Positions 12,256 through 27,000 of a stretch of DNA of 64,000 nt are shown here, in pieces; the stretch's first letter is position 1; each line of letters opens with the position of its first letter. Made by a program: the position numbers and the translations under genes. The notes below the pieces were generated by a model. The model did no database searches, was not told the origin of the DNA, and saw nothing but the letters and a program-made list of their open reading frames with translations. Source of the stretch: Eledone cirrhosa (Eukaryota); contig OZ024741.1 of assembly GCA_964016885.1 (NCBI GenBank), positions 292,330,001 to 292,394,000 of the forward strand. Direction: 5' to 3'.

Positions 12256-12817
12256 ATTTTTTGTTAAACACCTAAATTACTGATAATTTTTTTTTGTATT
12301 TTTAACCATACATCCTTCACCATTATCATTTTACATAGACTTTCCAAATTGGCATGGATGGGGCAGATTGGAACAGTCTAAGTCAGTTATTATATAGAGT
12401 CATTACCTCCCAAGATATTCTGAGAGACTACACCATGCTTATGCATTGCATCTTTGGCACAATTTCTACAGCTGAATGTTCTAATCATTTTACAAAGCAC
12501 ACTGAGTGCATTTTGTCATGGCACCAGCACTTGAAAGATTGTCATATCCTTAGCAAAATAAAAGGGTCCTTTCGATTTGATATTTCTCCTATCCCATACT
12601 TCCCTATACAATTTATAAGACAATATTTCAATTGTATTAGCTTCAAATATTTAAAATGAAGTTTGGATGTTCAAACTGATTTCTTCCAAAGAAAAAAGAA
12701 AAACTTGATACAAAATAAATTAAAATTTAACAGAGAGATCTGCCTCCATTTTACAGTATAAAATGTATTGTATCTAGTTTTACTAATCTATTCCTTTGGT
12801 TTGTTTTTATTTCACAG

Positions 12818-12891
12818 GTGAGTGCCTATCTGTTGTTTCTACTAAGTATGTAACCTACAAACCTACTGAGATACTATGGATCATTGGTCAG
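12818..12891 (+). CDS. Candidate host exon (ECLSVVSTKYVTYKPTEILWIIGQ), product unknown
   Basis: Strong acceptor TTTGTTTTTATTTCACAG; donor CAG|GTATTT (alternative donor GTAAGT at 12917); one open frame. Confidence 0.3.
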
Positions 12892-13472
12892 GTATTTTGA
12901 AATATTCCAAATATTTGTAAGTATATTTTTTCATTGCTAAAAAAGAATTAATAGACAATATCTGAAAATCTTTGAGCCAATGAGGGAACAATTTTCAGTT
13001 GCCTTAACATGCTAGAAATAACTGCCAAATATTTTACTGGTGCTCTGTATGAATAAAAAGTATCCTCATGAGAGACATGGATATATCTCAATGTAGATAC
13101 CTGTAATAATATAATTTTAAAATATATAATTAAACATTGATAACACACATTAACTTCAGATCAAAAGATATGCAAAACAATTATATAAATGTACGAACAC
13201 ATTTTTTATTGTGAGGGTTGGGGATTAGAGCTGTGTTCATGGTTCTTTCAGGGCTTTTGAGACCATTGGCTGGGAAGGAGCAAGTTATCCTTGAAACCAG
13301 AAACCTGAAACAGCATAGACACTACTAAAGTCACCAAAAGACCAGGTGATTGTGTTAAACCAAGCAATGGATTAAGTCTACTGTCCAAATAGTCTACAGC
13401 GGGATTTGAATTTGGAATTGATATATATTTTTGTAAGTATTTATATAACATAATGTTAAGCTATCAAGTGAA

Positions 13473-13812
13473 GGTACATGTGTTAGTGATTAGAGCATTG
13501 GGCTTGTAATTAGAAGGTTGTGAGTTTGATTCTTGGAATGGGTGGTGCATTGTGTCCTTGCACAAGACACTTTATTTCCCATAACTCCAGTTTACTCAGC
13601 TGTAGAACTGAGTTGCAACATCACTGGTACCTAGCTATATCAGCCATTATTTTTCCCTTGGACAACATCAATGGTATGGAGAAGGGAGACTGGTGTATAT
13701 TGGCGACTGCTAGTCTTCCACATAAAAAACCTTGCACAGACTTTGTGCCTTGAAGGGTAACTTTCTAGGTGCAAAACCCATGGTCTTTCATGACCGAAGG
13801 GGGTCTTTACCC
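13473..13812 (+). mobile_element. CORE-like SINE, near full length
   Basis: tRNA-like head, GTGTCCTTGCACAAGACACTTTATTTC core, same 3' part as 3172-3465. Confidence 0.75.
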
Positions 13813-14477
13813 TATTATTATTATTAAGCTATCAAAGAGTCTATACTTGGAATTTAATCTGACAGAAATAGCAGCCAGTTCTTCCTCAGTTTTCTTATCT
13901 CTAAAAAAAAAATATAGAAGCATACATAATAAAAGATATAATCTTAGACACCCTACCCTCAGTTTGAATACTTTTGATCATAGGTCTACTTAATCAAATC
14001 TTACTTGGGGCTAAACAACAACCACATAAATGCATATTGTAATATATTTCGTATAGAAAATTCCCTCATAAAGATTTATTATTCACTATTGTTGAATAAA
14101 AATATCAGAAAATGTAATATTTTTATTTCTGCTTTTATGCCGGTTCCTGCAAATTCTCTTTTAATTTCAAGACATTATTGTGTCTTGGCCATTATTTCTA
14201 ACTGTGTCATATTTATTTGCATTTTCATGTTTCTCTAATTATTATTGTTTTTTATGTTTAATATATATTGTTTTTGCTATTTCCTATTGTTGCATTTTTA
14301 TTTATTTAAAATTTTTTAGTTAATTTTTATTTCTGGAATATTATTTTTTTAACATTTTTCATTCTTATTATTTACATTTTTTAATTCTATTTTCAAATTT
14401 TTTACACTTTCTTTTATTTTTATTCATACAATTTTGAATTCATTTTTTAAAACTTTTTCATCAGGACAGTAACTCAT

Positions 14478-14591
14478 AACAATAATAATAACAATAATAA
14501 TAATAATAATAATAATAATAAAGATGATGATGCTGATGGTGATAGCGATGATGATAATGGTGATGATGATGGTGATAATAATAATAATAAT

Positions 14592-14626
<35 letters not shown>

Positions 14627-14678
14627 AAATATAGATGTTGATGATGGTGATAGTGATGACGATAATGATGATGATAAT
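14478..14678. repeat. Compound (TAA)n/(TGA)n microsatellite
   Basis: Direct inspection. Confidence 0.9.
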
Positions 14679-14822
14679 TCTTACAGTTCATTTGCTGTAA
14701 TAACAAATATCAAAGAATGTAGTTCATTGAAAGAAATATTAACTGTCAAATGAGGAAAAACAGTCTGTAAATTATTGGTGGCAATATAATTTTAGTCTAC
14801 TGTCTTCTTTTGTTTTATTTAG

Positions 14823-14933
14823 GAGAGTTTTATTGTTCCAAGTATTTATGGTTCTAGCCATTATGGAACTAAAATAAATATGGAAGTAAAAGAAGATAAG
14901 AAAAGAGTTTACACAGATGATGATAGGAGATAA
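14823..14933 (+). CDS. Candidate terminal exon (ESFIVPSIYGSSHYGTKINMEVKEDKKRVYTDDDRR-stop)
   Basis: Acceptor TCTTTTGTTTTATTTAG; phase-0 compatible with 12818-12891; TAA then AATAAA at 14936. Confidence 0.28.
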   Translation, partial: ESFIVPSIYGSSHYGTKINMEVKEDKKRVYTDDDRR

Positions 14934-15019
14934 AGAATAAAATTTGTTAGTTGAAAGATATGCAAATTATACACATGCATGTATGTAAGGATGCATGCAT
15001 CAATGCATATATAGAAGTG

Positions 15020-15048
15020 TGTGTATATATATACACATTATATATGTT

Positions 15049-15083
<35 letters not shown>

Positions 15084-15130
15084 GTTCATATATATGTACG
15101 TATATGTACAAGTATATATATATATATATT

Positions 15131-15208
<78 letters not shown>

Positions 15209-15372
15209 TATATATATATATATGTATATATATATGTTCATATATATGTATATGTACAAGTATATATATATATCTATATATATATATTTATGTATATATA
15301 TATATATATATATATATGTTTATATATATTTATATGTATATATATATGTTCATATATATGTATATGTACATG

Positions 15373-15461
<89 letters not shown>

Positions 15462-15470
15462 GTATGTATG
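15020..15470. repeat. Long interrupted (TA)n microsatellite
   Basis: Direct inspection; similar tracts at 17730, 20820, 23180, 28775, 30310, 32660, 33150, 50030, 55730 and 56855. Confidence 0.95.
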
Positions 15471-15711
15471 TAAAAGGTAAACAGAAGTAACAACACAATT
15501 GGTACAGTATATGGAAGTTATATATTAGGTTAACGCTTGATATAGCAGGAAGAGATATATATGTTCATATATATGTATATGTACAAGTATATATATAAAT
15601 ACATGTTTATATAAATTTCGTATTTCTAAAGAAATACGGTTTTAGGAAGCCGTACCTAAGCAAACACTGTGGCTAACGCCCTCTGGTGATATCCAGCAGA
15701 AGCAGGGGACA

Positions 15712-15755
15712 ACCGTCTATGCATTTCAGGCTTGACTGGCCTTCGCCAGGACGGT
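15712..15755 (-). ncRNA. Inverted copy of the HHR with mutated core (CTGGCGA)
   Basis: Reverse complement of 16021-16064 with two substitutions in the CTGANGA box. Confidence 0.65.
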
Positions 15756-16020
15756 CCCTCCCACCGCTTGCTACTGCTGGACTTGAAAACAGCCGAGAAT
15801 ATATGGTTTTCTTGTATGTGTAAATGAGGTGATTAATCTCATTTGCATATGAAGCTGCATAAGTTGGCTCAACTTACAATAGAATAGAAATAAGATTTCG
15901 CTTCAAGCATAACTTTATACAATATGTATAGAAATTTTGTATTTTACCTCATTTACACAGATGAGAAAACTATATATTCTCCATTATTTTCAAGTCCAGC
16001 AGTAGTTAGTGGTGGGAGGG

Positions 16021-16064
16021 ACCGTCCTGAGGAAGGCCAGTCAAGCCTGAAATGCATAGACGGT
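16021..16064 (+). ncRNA. Minimal type I hammerhead ribozyme with intact core
   Basis: ACCGTC-CTGAGGA-AGGC(cagtcaa)GCCT-GAAA-TGCA-TA-GACGGT: 6-bp stem I, 4-bp stem II, palindromic stem III ATGCAT, AUA cleavage triplet. Confidence 0.85.
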
Positions 16065-16285
16065 TGTCCCCCCCTTGCTTCTGCTGGACACCACCAGAGG
16101 GTGTTAGCCCCGGTATTTTCATAGCTACGGCTTCCTAAAACCGTATTATTTTGGAAATACGAAATTTCTATACATATTGTATAAAGCTATGCTTGAAGCA
16201 AAATCTTATTTCTTTACATGTTTATATATTTATATATATATGTATATATATATATATATATATAAGTGTATATATATATATATGT

Positions 16286-17647
16286 ACAGACCGGCTGCCC
16301 ATGGGAACTCCTATACGCAGATGATCTAACGCTCATAGCTGAATCAATGGCCGAGCTAGAGAAGAAATTCCAAACATGGAAGCACGGGCTAGAATCAAAA
16401 GGCCTTAAAATTAACCTGGCTAAGACTAAAGTTCGAGTTTGTAAGAAAGAAAATAAGGCGGCAGTCCCCTCCGGGAAGTGGCCATGCGCAGAGTGTAGGA
16501 AAGGCGTAGGAAGAAATTCCATTTTGTGTCCCAAATGCAAAGTTTGGGTTCATAAAAGATGTAGTGGGATCACAGGTAAGCTAACTAAGAACATAGATTT
16601 TACATGTGGCCGGTGTTCTGGGGCAATAAGTAGCAGCAAGTGCCCACAAAATACTAGCTCTTTCAACTGCGCAGAGGGTTCTATAGAAATAGTGGTCAGC
16701 TTCCGTTACCTGGGTGACAAAATCAGCAGTGGGGGAGGGCGCTCTGAAAGTACAGTAGCTAGAGTCAGAACTGGGTGGAAAAAGTTCAGAGAGCTTATAC
16801 CACTATTAGCCGCTAAAGGGTTCTCCCTAAAAATGAAAGGCAGGTTGTACGATGCCTGCATACGAACAGCAATGTTGCATGGCAGTGAGACCTGGGCATT
16901 GTGTGCAGAGGATATACGCAGACTAGATAGAAACGAAGCTTGCATGCTCCGCTGGATGTGTAATAGTAATATACGTGAACGACAAAGCATAAACGAACTA
17001 AGGAAAAAATTAGAAATAAGAGGGATCAGATGTTGTTTACTAGAGAGAAGGCTACGTTGGTATGGTCACGTGATGCGCATGAAGGACGATAGCTGTATAA
17101 CAAAGTGCAGGGCAATAAAGATAGACGGTAGCCACGGAATAGGCAGACCCAGAAAAACCTGGGACGAGCTGATAAACTCCGACCTCACACACTTACACCT
17201 CACCAAGACAATGTCACTGGACCGAGACCTTTGGCGGTACTCAGTAATAGAGAAGACCCGCCTTACCTAAATACAAAGTAAAACCTACTACAGTCAGTAG
17301 GCATCTCTAACAAAATACATCCCCCCCCCATCCCCCACCCCTTCTATGTAAAGTTATGTTGGTGCCACACCATCCAGGCCGAAACAAATGAGATCGTGTA
17401 GGTGTCACGACAAAAAAACACACAGTCCACGCTGTAATGTGGCCGTGTAGGCAACACGGTAAAAACCTCCCAGACCCACACTGTAAATGTGGTTGGTGTT
17501 AGGAAGGGCATCCAACTGTAGAAAACCTGCCAGACAGTCCTATGCGAGCAAGACAATCACTCTTGCCTCAAGTGGCAAAACCCCCGTCCAAACCCATGCA
17601 AGCGTGGAACACGGACGTTAAACGATGATGATGATGATGATGATGAT
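16286..17647 (+). mobile_element. RTE LINE copy 2, 5'-truncated
   Basis: Starts TGCPWELLYADD directly after (TA)n; ORF to 17270; same UTR and (GAT)n tail as copy 1. Confidence 0.95.
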
Positions 17648-17726
17648 TACCACGCTAAAAATTCTAATTTAGTCCAGAAATAGCCGTCGAAACAGCTTCA
17701 GCTCTGCCATCGGGGTTAAACATTTT

Positions 17727-17805
<79 letters not shown>

Positions 17806-17826
17806 GTATATATATATATGTATATA

Positions 17827-17866
<40 letters not shown>

Positions 17867-17895
17867 AAAGAATAGAGGTGTAACACACAAGTTAT

Positions 17896-18281
17896 TATAT
17901 ATTGGTAAACGGAATAGAAAATGCTGACAAATTGTTCACAGTTGAAAAATGGTTTAATTAGGAATAAAAGAGTATTAGTGATTGTATGGGTTAGTATTCG
18001 GTTGTGGTTTTAAGTTTTTAAGTTTTTACCGGTTGCGCATTTCTAAATGCTTTTCAAAAATAATTTTGAGATAGAGTGTCCGTGCTGTTTGCTCTGATCT
18101 GAGCAAACAGCATGGACACTCTATCTCAAAATTATTTTTGAAAAGCATTTAGAAATGCGCAACCGGTAAAAACTTAAAACCACAACCGAATACTAACCCA
18201 TACAATCACTAATACTCTTTTATTCCTAATTAAACCATTTTTCAACTGTGAACAATTTGTCAGCATTTTCTATTCCGTTTA

Positions 18282-18291
<10 letters not shown>
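17896..18291. repeat. Near-perfect ~395-bp palindrome (fold-back)
   Basis: Arms of ~190-200 bp around loop TGATCT (18095-18100); single-arm homologue at 30386-30570. Confidence 0.95.
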
Positions 18292-18318
<27 letters not shown>

Positions 18319-18768
18319 AAAAGAAATCGAAAATGCAACTGGTGTCTTTTTAAGTATATTCTTTATTTCATTTATTGGTCAGACAGTAAAATTGAGATGG
18401 AGGGTTTGTGGTTTGTTTCGCATCTGGTTTGTGTTTGAAACTTCATTGTTTTATGTGGAAAGAGTGGCTCCAACTGTTACCGTTTTTTCAAAAAGTATTT
18501 TGCTTTGTCACATGAATAAGTACAATAAATTTCGCGCCACTTTGTGTTCCAAAGTTCTTATTGAATTTGCCTTAAAAAATGTGGCTCAAATTGTCGTTTT
18601 TTCAAAAGTGTAATTTGGTTTGTTGATGACTGACACGTGAATAAGTACATCAAATTTCCCAAATTTCGTGTTTGAAGGTTCTTTATTGCCACAATCATAT
18701 GATTGGCCATAAAATATAGGTGCCAGAAAGGGATGGTTTGTCATAGAAAGTTTTGTGCCAAACAAAAG

Positions 18769-18957
18769 ATAATTGTTTCTACTTTAGGCACAAGGCCAGC
18801 AAATACCCAGTGCATTACTGGTACTTTATTTTATCGACCCCGTAAGGATGAAAGGCAAAGTCAACCTCGGCGGGATTTGAACTCAGATCGTAAAGGGACG
18901 TAACTATGCTGGAAAGCATGGCGTCCGACCCTCTACTGATACTGCCAATCCACCGCC
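18769..18957 (-). mobile_element. Meta-type SINE
   Basis: Homologue of 3748-3940. Confidence 0.85.
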
Positions 18958-19269
18958 CTTAATGGTCAAGAAATGGGAGGGTGAGAAATAGTTCTGGTTA
19001 AGTGAGTATGGCTGATGTCTTGCTGAGGTGTCAAAATTCAGACTTTCTATTGAAATAAATTGAATGTTTGTGTCCATAGTGGCGGCAGAGGCGATGGTGG
19101 TGGCAGCATAGAAAAGAGAAATATATTTTTTTATTTGTGTGTGTGTTGGTTTATCGGCTTATCATCTTGATAATAGAAATAAAAATGATTGTGTGTGGGG
19201 ATATGGTTAACATGTTAATGTGTTAAAATATTAATGTATGTTAAAGTATACTAGCAGAAAAACCACCAC

Positions 19270-19945
19270 CTGGGTGACCACTTTTTTGAGAGTTGGTTTT
19301 GGGTTTGTGATGGGTAATTTGGCATTGGTGAGTAATGTTTTTAGTGATTTAGGTTGTCTTTTGCTTTTGATTATTTTGTGTTTCAAGTGATTTTTTTCAT
19401 TCTTAGGTCTTGTCTCAATAGTGGAATGTTCTTGTGAATAATGTTGTATGCTTCTGTATTCGTTGAAGTGTTGACATATATGATAGAATATTGGATGTAT
19501 CTTGAGTTTATTTCGGTTTTTGTATTTCTTCAATGTCTATTGCTTTATCCTTTTCTATTTCATTATCTATTAATAACGGTGGGTACTGTCTTTTGGTCAG
19601 AAGTTCCTTTTATTCTTAGAGTCTTTTATTCCGTGTTTCATAATTGGTGACAATTGTGCAAATTCTTCTTGCTAGATTAACAGGGATGTTCGTCTTCGTG
19701 TGCTTTGGATGGCTGGAGGGGAATAGCAGGTATTGTTTAGAATCTGTTGGTTTGTAGTGGATGTCAGTTTCAATAATTGTGTCTTTTTTTATGATTAAGA
19801 TGATCAGAAATGGGAGTTGGTCCTGACTATTCCATTGTGAATTGGATATGGTTATTGATGCTGTTAATTAAATCTTTGAATTCATTTAGTTGGTCGAGTG
19901 TGTGAGACCATAGAATAAGGTAGTCATCCAAGTAGCATTTCTATA
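19270..19945 (-). pseudogene. Penelope-like RT/thumb fragment, decayed
   Basis: Translation YLDDYLILW...LPFL..IETDIHYKPTDSKQYLLFPSSHPKHTKTNIP.NLARRICTIV. Confidence 0.8.
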
Positions 19946-20210
19946 TTCTCTCTCTTACAAGACACTAACTAATAGGAAAAAGTAAACAACTACCAGCAAT
20001 CCAAAACGATGACCAGATTAAGCGCATTCATTTATCAATACCAGAAAGACTTAACTAAAAAGGAATGCTTTATTCTATGTTCTTAATAAATTTCTGCTCA
20101 GAGTGAACACAAAAGATTAAGGAAGAGTGACACGAATAATGTATCCACCAGAAGCATATTGCCACAGTAACACAACATCGATATATACAAGCAGGCTGAA
20201 AAAAAAATAT

Positions 20211-20356
20211 TGGGCTTGCAATCGAAAGGTTGTGAGTTCAATTCTCGGACTGGGTAATGTGTTGTTTCCTTGAGCAAGACACTTTATTTCACATTGCTCC
20301 AGTTTACTCAGCTGTAGAAATGAGATGATAGGACTGGGGTCCCTATCATTCCACTG
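20211..20356 (+). mobile_element. CORE-like SINE fragment
   Basis: Near-identical to 51832-51974. Confidence 0.75.
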
Positions 20357-20646
20357 GAAGAACGGACGTAAAACGGTGATGATGATGATGATATATATAT
20401 ACTGTATATGTATTTCAATTTATAAATGTGTGTATATATATATATGTATCAAAAGCAGACGTAAAATGATGATGATATATATATATATTTACTATGGATA
20501 AAATCTTCCAGCTTTTTAACATATATATATATTTTCAATTTTTGCTGGCCCGGCAACCGCTCTATATAATCAGTTCCTGATAATTACTGGAATTCTATAA
20601 GAATCCAACATTAATACTTTTCAACAAACAAAGGGAGTGCTAACCT

Positions 20647-20670
20647 CTGAGGAATACCAACAGTATGAAA
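20647..20670 (+). ncRNA. Partial HHR core inside a 20-bp inverted repeat (20618-20709)
   Basis: CTGAGGA-ATAC(caaca)GTAT-GAAA; stems I and III unclear. Confidence 0.45.
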
Positions 20671-20813
20671 CAGAGATCTATCAGCTTATCTCCCTTTGTT
20701 TGTTGAAAAAAGAAGTAAGTGACATAGTCACTACTTTAAAACAATAGTGTAAGGTCTTCAAAATGCTTATAATTAAGCATACAGTGTATTGTAAAATACA
20801 CTATACATATACA

Positions 20814-20882
<69 letters not shown>

Positions 20883-20935
20883 TGTGTGTGGTAAAACCCA
20901 GTAGAGCACAAGTGAGTTTGGTATAGTTGGTTTTC

Positions 20936-20977
20936 CACCCAATGGATTCTCAACTCGAGTTGAGAATCCATTGGGTG
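20936..20977. repeat. Perfect 42-bp palindrome
   Basis: CACCCAATGGATTCTCAACTC|GAGTTGAGAATCCATTGGGTG, running into GAAACACACGTC. Confidence 0.95.
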
Positions 20978-21034
20978 AAACACACGTCCTTGAGTATGGT
21001 TTGCTAATTTGTTGTGGAACTAACTCTCTCTCTT

Positions 21035-23135
<2,101 letters not shown>

Positions 23136-23175
23136 ATTTGTTTCGACACGATTTCATATAAAAAACCTCGCAAAA

Positions 23176-23265
<90 letters not shown>

Positions 23266-23972
23266 CATATATATATATATACATACACACATGCGCACAC
23301 GTATAAGTTGAAAATTCTTCCATAAAAATATGATGTGAAGAGCCAACATTCACTTTATCTACTGGAACTACAAAACTTCAATTCAAAAATGTATCTTACA
23401 TTATACATGGTGTAAAATGTAGGTTTAACTTATCTACTGGTGCAACATATACACAAGTAAATACTATATATATATATATATGTGTGGGTGTGTATGTGTG
23501 TGTGTGTGTGTGTATAATATAATATACATATTAGCATAATACCTGCTCAATGAAAAGAGAAAATTGAATGTGAACAGAAATTCTTGCTCCATGCCTTAAT
23601 TGAATATTCATATTACTGAAGTTACATTAATAGTCTACAGTAAGTCGGCAATAAATAAAATCATCATGAGACAGTTTTAGTGTGATTATTATTTATCTTT
23701 TATAGCAACTTTGTGCAGTGATATGTATACTTTTCTTTAGTCTTCTCATGGTGAGTGTAGTGGTAAATTTACCTAGACATTTGTAGTACTAAATTTATGC
23801 TCCTGAAAACTCTTTTACAATAAAATCCAAACCACAAGATTTATGTTCCTAGATGAAATTGAAGAGTTGATAAATTGCCAGTAGTGTAAATTTAATTTAT
23901 TACTACTATGGCTACCACAAGCTTGCTACAGCTTGTAACTCTCTCTCTCTCTGTATATATATATAGATATCG

Positions 23973-24029
<57 letters not shown>
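23973..24029. repeat. (GATA)n microsatellite at the LINE 3' end
   Basis: Direct inspection; a short AGATAGATAGAT also lies at the 5' junction (27977-27988). Confidence 0.9.
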
Positions 24030-24030
<1 letters not shown>

Positions 24031-24039
24031 ATAGAGAGA

Positions 24040-27000
24040 TTTATTTGCCACAAGGGCGCACAAGAAAAGGGGACCATACAAAGACACATGCTGGGGATTT
24101 TACATACAGTCGTGTAAAAATATTGAAACAAACAATTATAACAAACGAAATCTCCAATAGGGGGGAGGCGCCACAAACGGGTTGTTTAATACCCCGTCGA
24201 TAGAACAACCCTCAACTTCAGGAGCGTGTTGTGCAAGTGCTTCCTTCTTCCTTTTGCTCTCTTCTTTAACCTACAGGCTTATAAACAGAGAAGGCCCAAT
24301 TACTCGGGTCATTTTCGCTTCATTCACCCACCTTTCAGTAAATTTACTGGGGTGCAGTGCCTGTCTCTCCACTCTGATTCTCCTTCTCCTTCTGATTCTC
24401 ATTACTTAAAGAAGGGAATCAATTGTTTTCCGGAGAGAAAGGCATCTGTCCTCAGTCCTCTCAATCTCGTCCACCATATAACCTCTTTCACCATAGCCAG
24501 TGTACAGAGTAAAACAGCCTCTCTTTCGTTTTTGAAAGAGGCTGGCGGTTTGATCCTTACTATGGACTCGGCAGTCAACTGGATTTGTCCCATACGCGAC
24601 AGCAGTTGTTCTGCATAGTTCCACAGGTCGCTTACGCCCGGGCAGAGTACAATTGCGTGCAAGACGGTTTCAATGTCCTGCTCACATCTTGGACACGTCC
24701 TCTTGGAAGCGTCCGTGCCTGTAGATCTTATCTCGAACGGGTAGAGCTCCTCGGTAGTACTGCCTGGCCAGGCACCCCTGGAAGTTGTCCATAGGTCCAG
24801 GGCGGAAAGTCCTACTGAACAGACTGGTGAGCTCGTTGTCTTCGACGTCTAGAGTCTCCCCGAGCACGTCGTCGCACTTGTAAAGTACTAACCCTCTATA
24901 GAATGTCGAAGTGGAGTCTCCACTGATTGCTGTGCTCGCTTGACAGAGGACTGTGAGCGCCTGGGCGCATTCAATGTGCCAGGCGCCCATCTTCTTCGGT
25001 CCTTGCTTCACCTAGGACTGCAGCTCCGTCAGCGAGACAAGTTGTGGGAAGGCCTGTCTCACAAACGGTGCCCCCACCGTTTGGTCGGTGAGGAGTACCT
25101 GGAGATGCCATAGCCTCAGTGCATGTTTGCGCATCATTATCCACGGCATACCCAGCCCTCCGTTGGAAGGGTTTTGACAGCAGACGGATCTCCTCACCAG
25201 TGGAGCCTGCTTCTTCCACGGGAACTGGAAGAGCATGCGTTCCGTCTTGGTGAGGTATTCACGGGTACAAGGCCCGACAGTCAAGGGGTAGTAGATGACG
25301 GACGCTATGAAAGTGTTTGCCACCTATGCTCAACCTTTCAATGACAGTTTGCACTCTGCCCACTTCTGGGTGAGCACAAATACCTTGGCCATGATCTCGT
25401 TCCAGTTTTTCTCCACCTGGATGTCTGGACCGAACCAGACCCCGAGCAATTTCACCGGTCCTTCTGTCCAGCGTCCGACGACGCTGTCGGACGGCATCGG
25501 TTTGCCTCTCCACGTTCCGAGTTGCAAACTGAAAGACTTGTTCGGGTTCAGTTTTGTTCCTGTGAAACTTTCGTATTCCTGTAGTAGGTTGCCGATTACC
25601 TTGATTTCCGAGGTTTTCGACACCATTACCGTCACGTCATCGGCATAAGCCGACGCCGCTTTTCGCAGTCCCGATTCTAAAGGGATGCTCTGCAAAAGCT
25701 CCAACTTCCGCAGTAGTAGCTCTAGAGTCAATATGTATAGAATGGAGGAGAGAGGGCATCTCTGTCGAATATGAACTCGTGATTGCGAACGGCTCCAATA
25801 GGTAGCCGTTCACCTTGACCCTCGAGCATATGCTGGTGTCATCGCCTTGATCCAGCCCCTGAAAACGGGACCGAAACTGGTCGCCTTGAGAACCGCTTCC
25901 AAGTATCGATGGTCGACCCTATCGAATGCCTTAGACTGATCTAAATTGAATAGAGCCCCACCGAAGCTGGGTTTACACCCCACCTTCTCTATGATGTATC
26001 GCATGAGGTGGAGGTTGTCGTGTATGGACCTGGTCGGGATTGCACATGTTTGCGCTTTCCCTACCTGGTTTTCGACGACAAGCGCCAGCCTCGTTGCTAG
26101 CACCTTGGCCAAAATCTTTAACTCTGTGTTGAGCAGTGTTATGGGCTTGAAATTGTTTATTTTGTTCCCCTTGTTCTCATCTCTCCTGATCAGCGTTACT
26201 ATGCACTTGCCTGCAAGACTGGGAATTGTCCCGTTCTGCTGCCAAATGCAGAGGACGCCAGAGAACAAGTCCGGCATGCCTATGTAAAACTCATAGGGTA
26301 GACCAACTAGACCGGGTGATTTGCATTTCCCGCAGCGGCCCAGAGCGTCCCGTATCTCAGTGGCTGTGATCAGTCTTTCGCAGAACTCGGCGTCCATGCT
26401 TGAGAGACGCGGCAGGCTGTTGAGGTATGAACCAAAGTCCATTGCCCCGTTCGGTGCACCGTCGTTCTGCTCAAACAGTCGCGCAAAATGCCGCTGAAAG
26501 GCCGCGCACATCTGTTTGGGGTCAAGTAGCACGCGTTCGTTTTGGTCTTTCAAAGACCGAATCGTGGACTTGTTGCCACTTTTCACTTCCGCCACTCAGG
26601 TCCAGCTAACAGCTTTTGCTCCCTCGTTTCCTAGAGCACGCGATTTACTTCTGACTGCGCAGCCTTCGTGTTTCGCGTCCAAGAACTGGTCCAGTGCCGT
26701 TCTCGATGCTAGCACTCTAGCTGCGTTGCCACTCCTAAGCGCCTCTTCTACCTTGGCTACTAGTTCTGTTTCTGATTTGTTTTTCTCTAAAGCTAATTAT
26801 TTACTAAACCCTATCGATTCTACTCTAATTGCTCTATTGAGAGTGTATCACCATCTATTGTTGACGATGGCTCCCGTCAACTCTTGCTTAACTAATCTAC
26901 TTATCCGTTCACTGTAGGCTTGTCGTGCCGGCAACACCTTCAGCTTCCAGTATCCGGGCCCTTGTCTATGTATCCTATCACAGTTCACTATGCAGACGAC

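Larger units (their letters stand above)
15613..16213. mobile_element. PLE-type non-coding cassette with complex inverted duplication
   Basis: Unit 15945-16213 is mirrored in two pieces at 15613-15831 and 15886-15943; flanked by TA-rich repeats. Confidence 0.8.

Noticed and set aside
12354-12659. 101-aa ORF as a host exon
   Set aside because: No recognisable motif and no convincing donor site; the minus-strand splice candidate has stops in all frames.
14951-15498. Long Y/I-rich ORFs here and at about 8.3, 17.7, 23.1, 33.1, 41.6, 50.0, 55.7 and 56.8 kb
   Set aside because: They are translations of (TA)n/(CA)n microsatellites, which lack stop codons.
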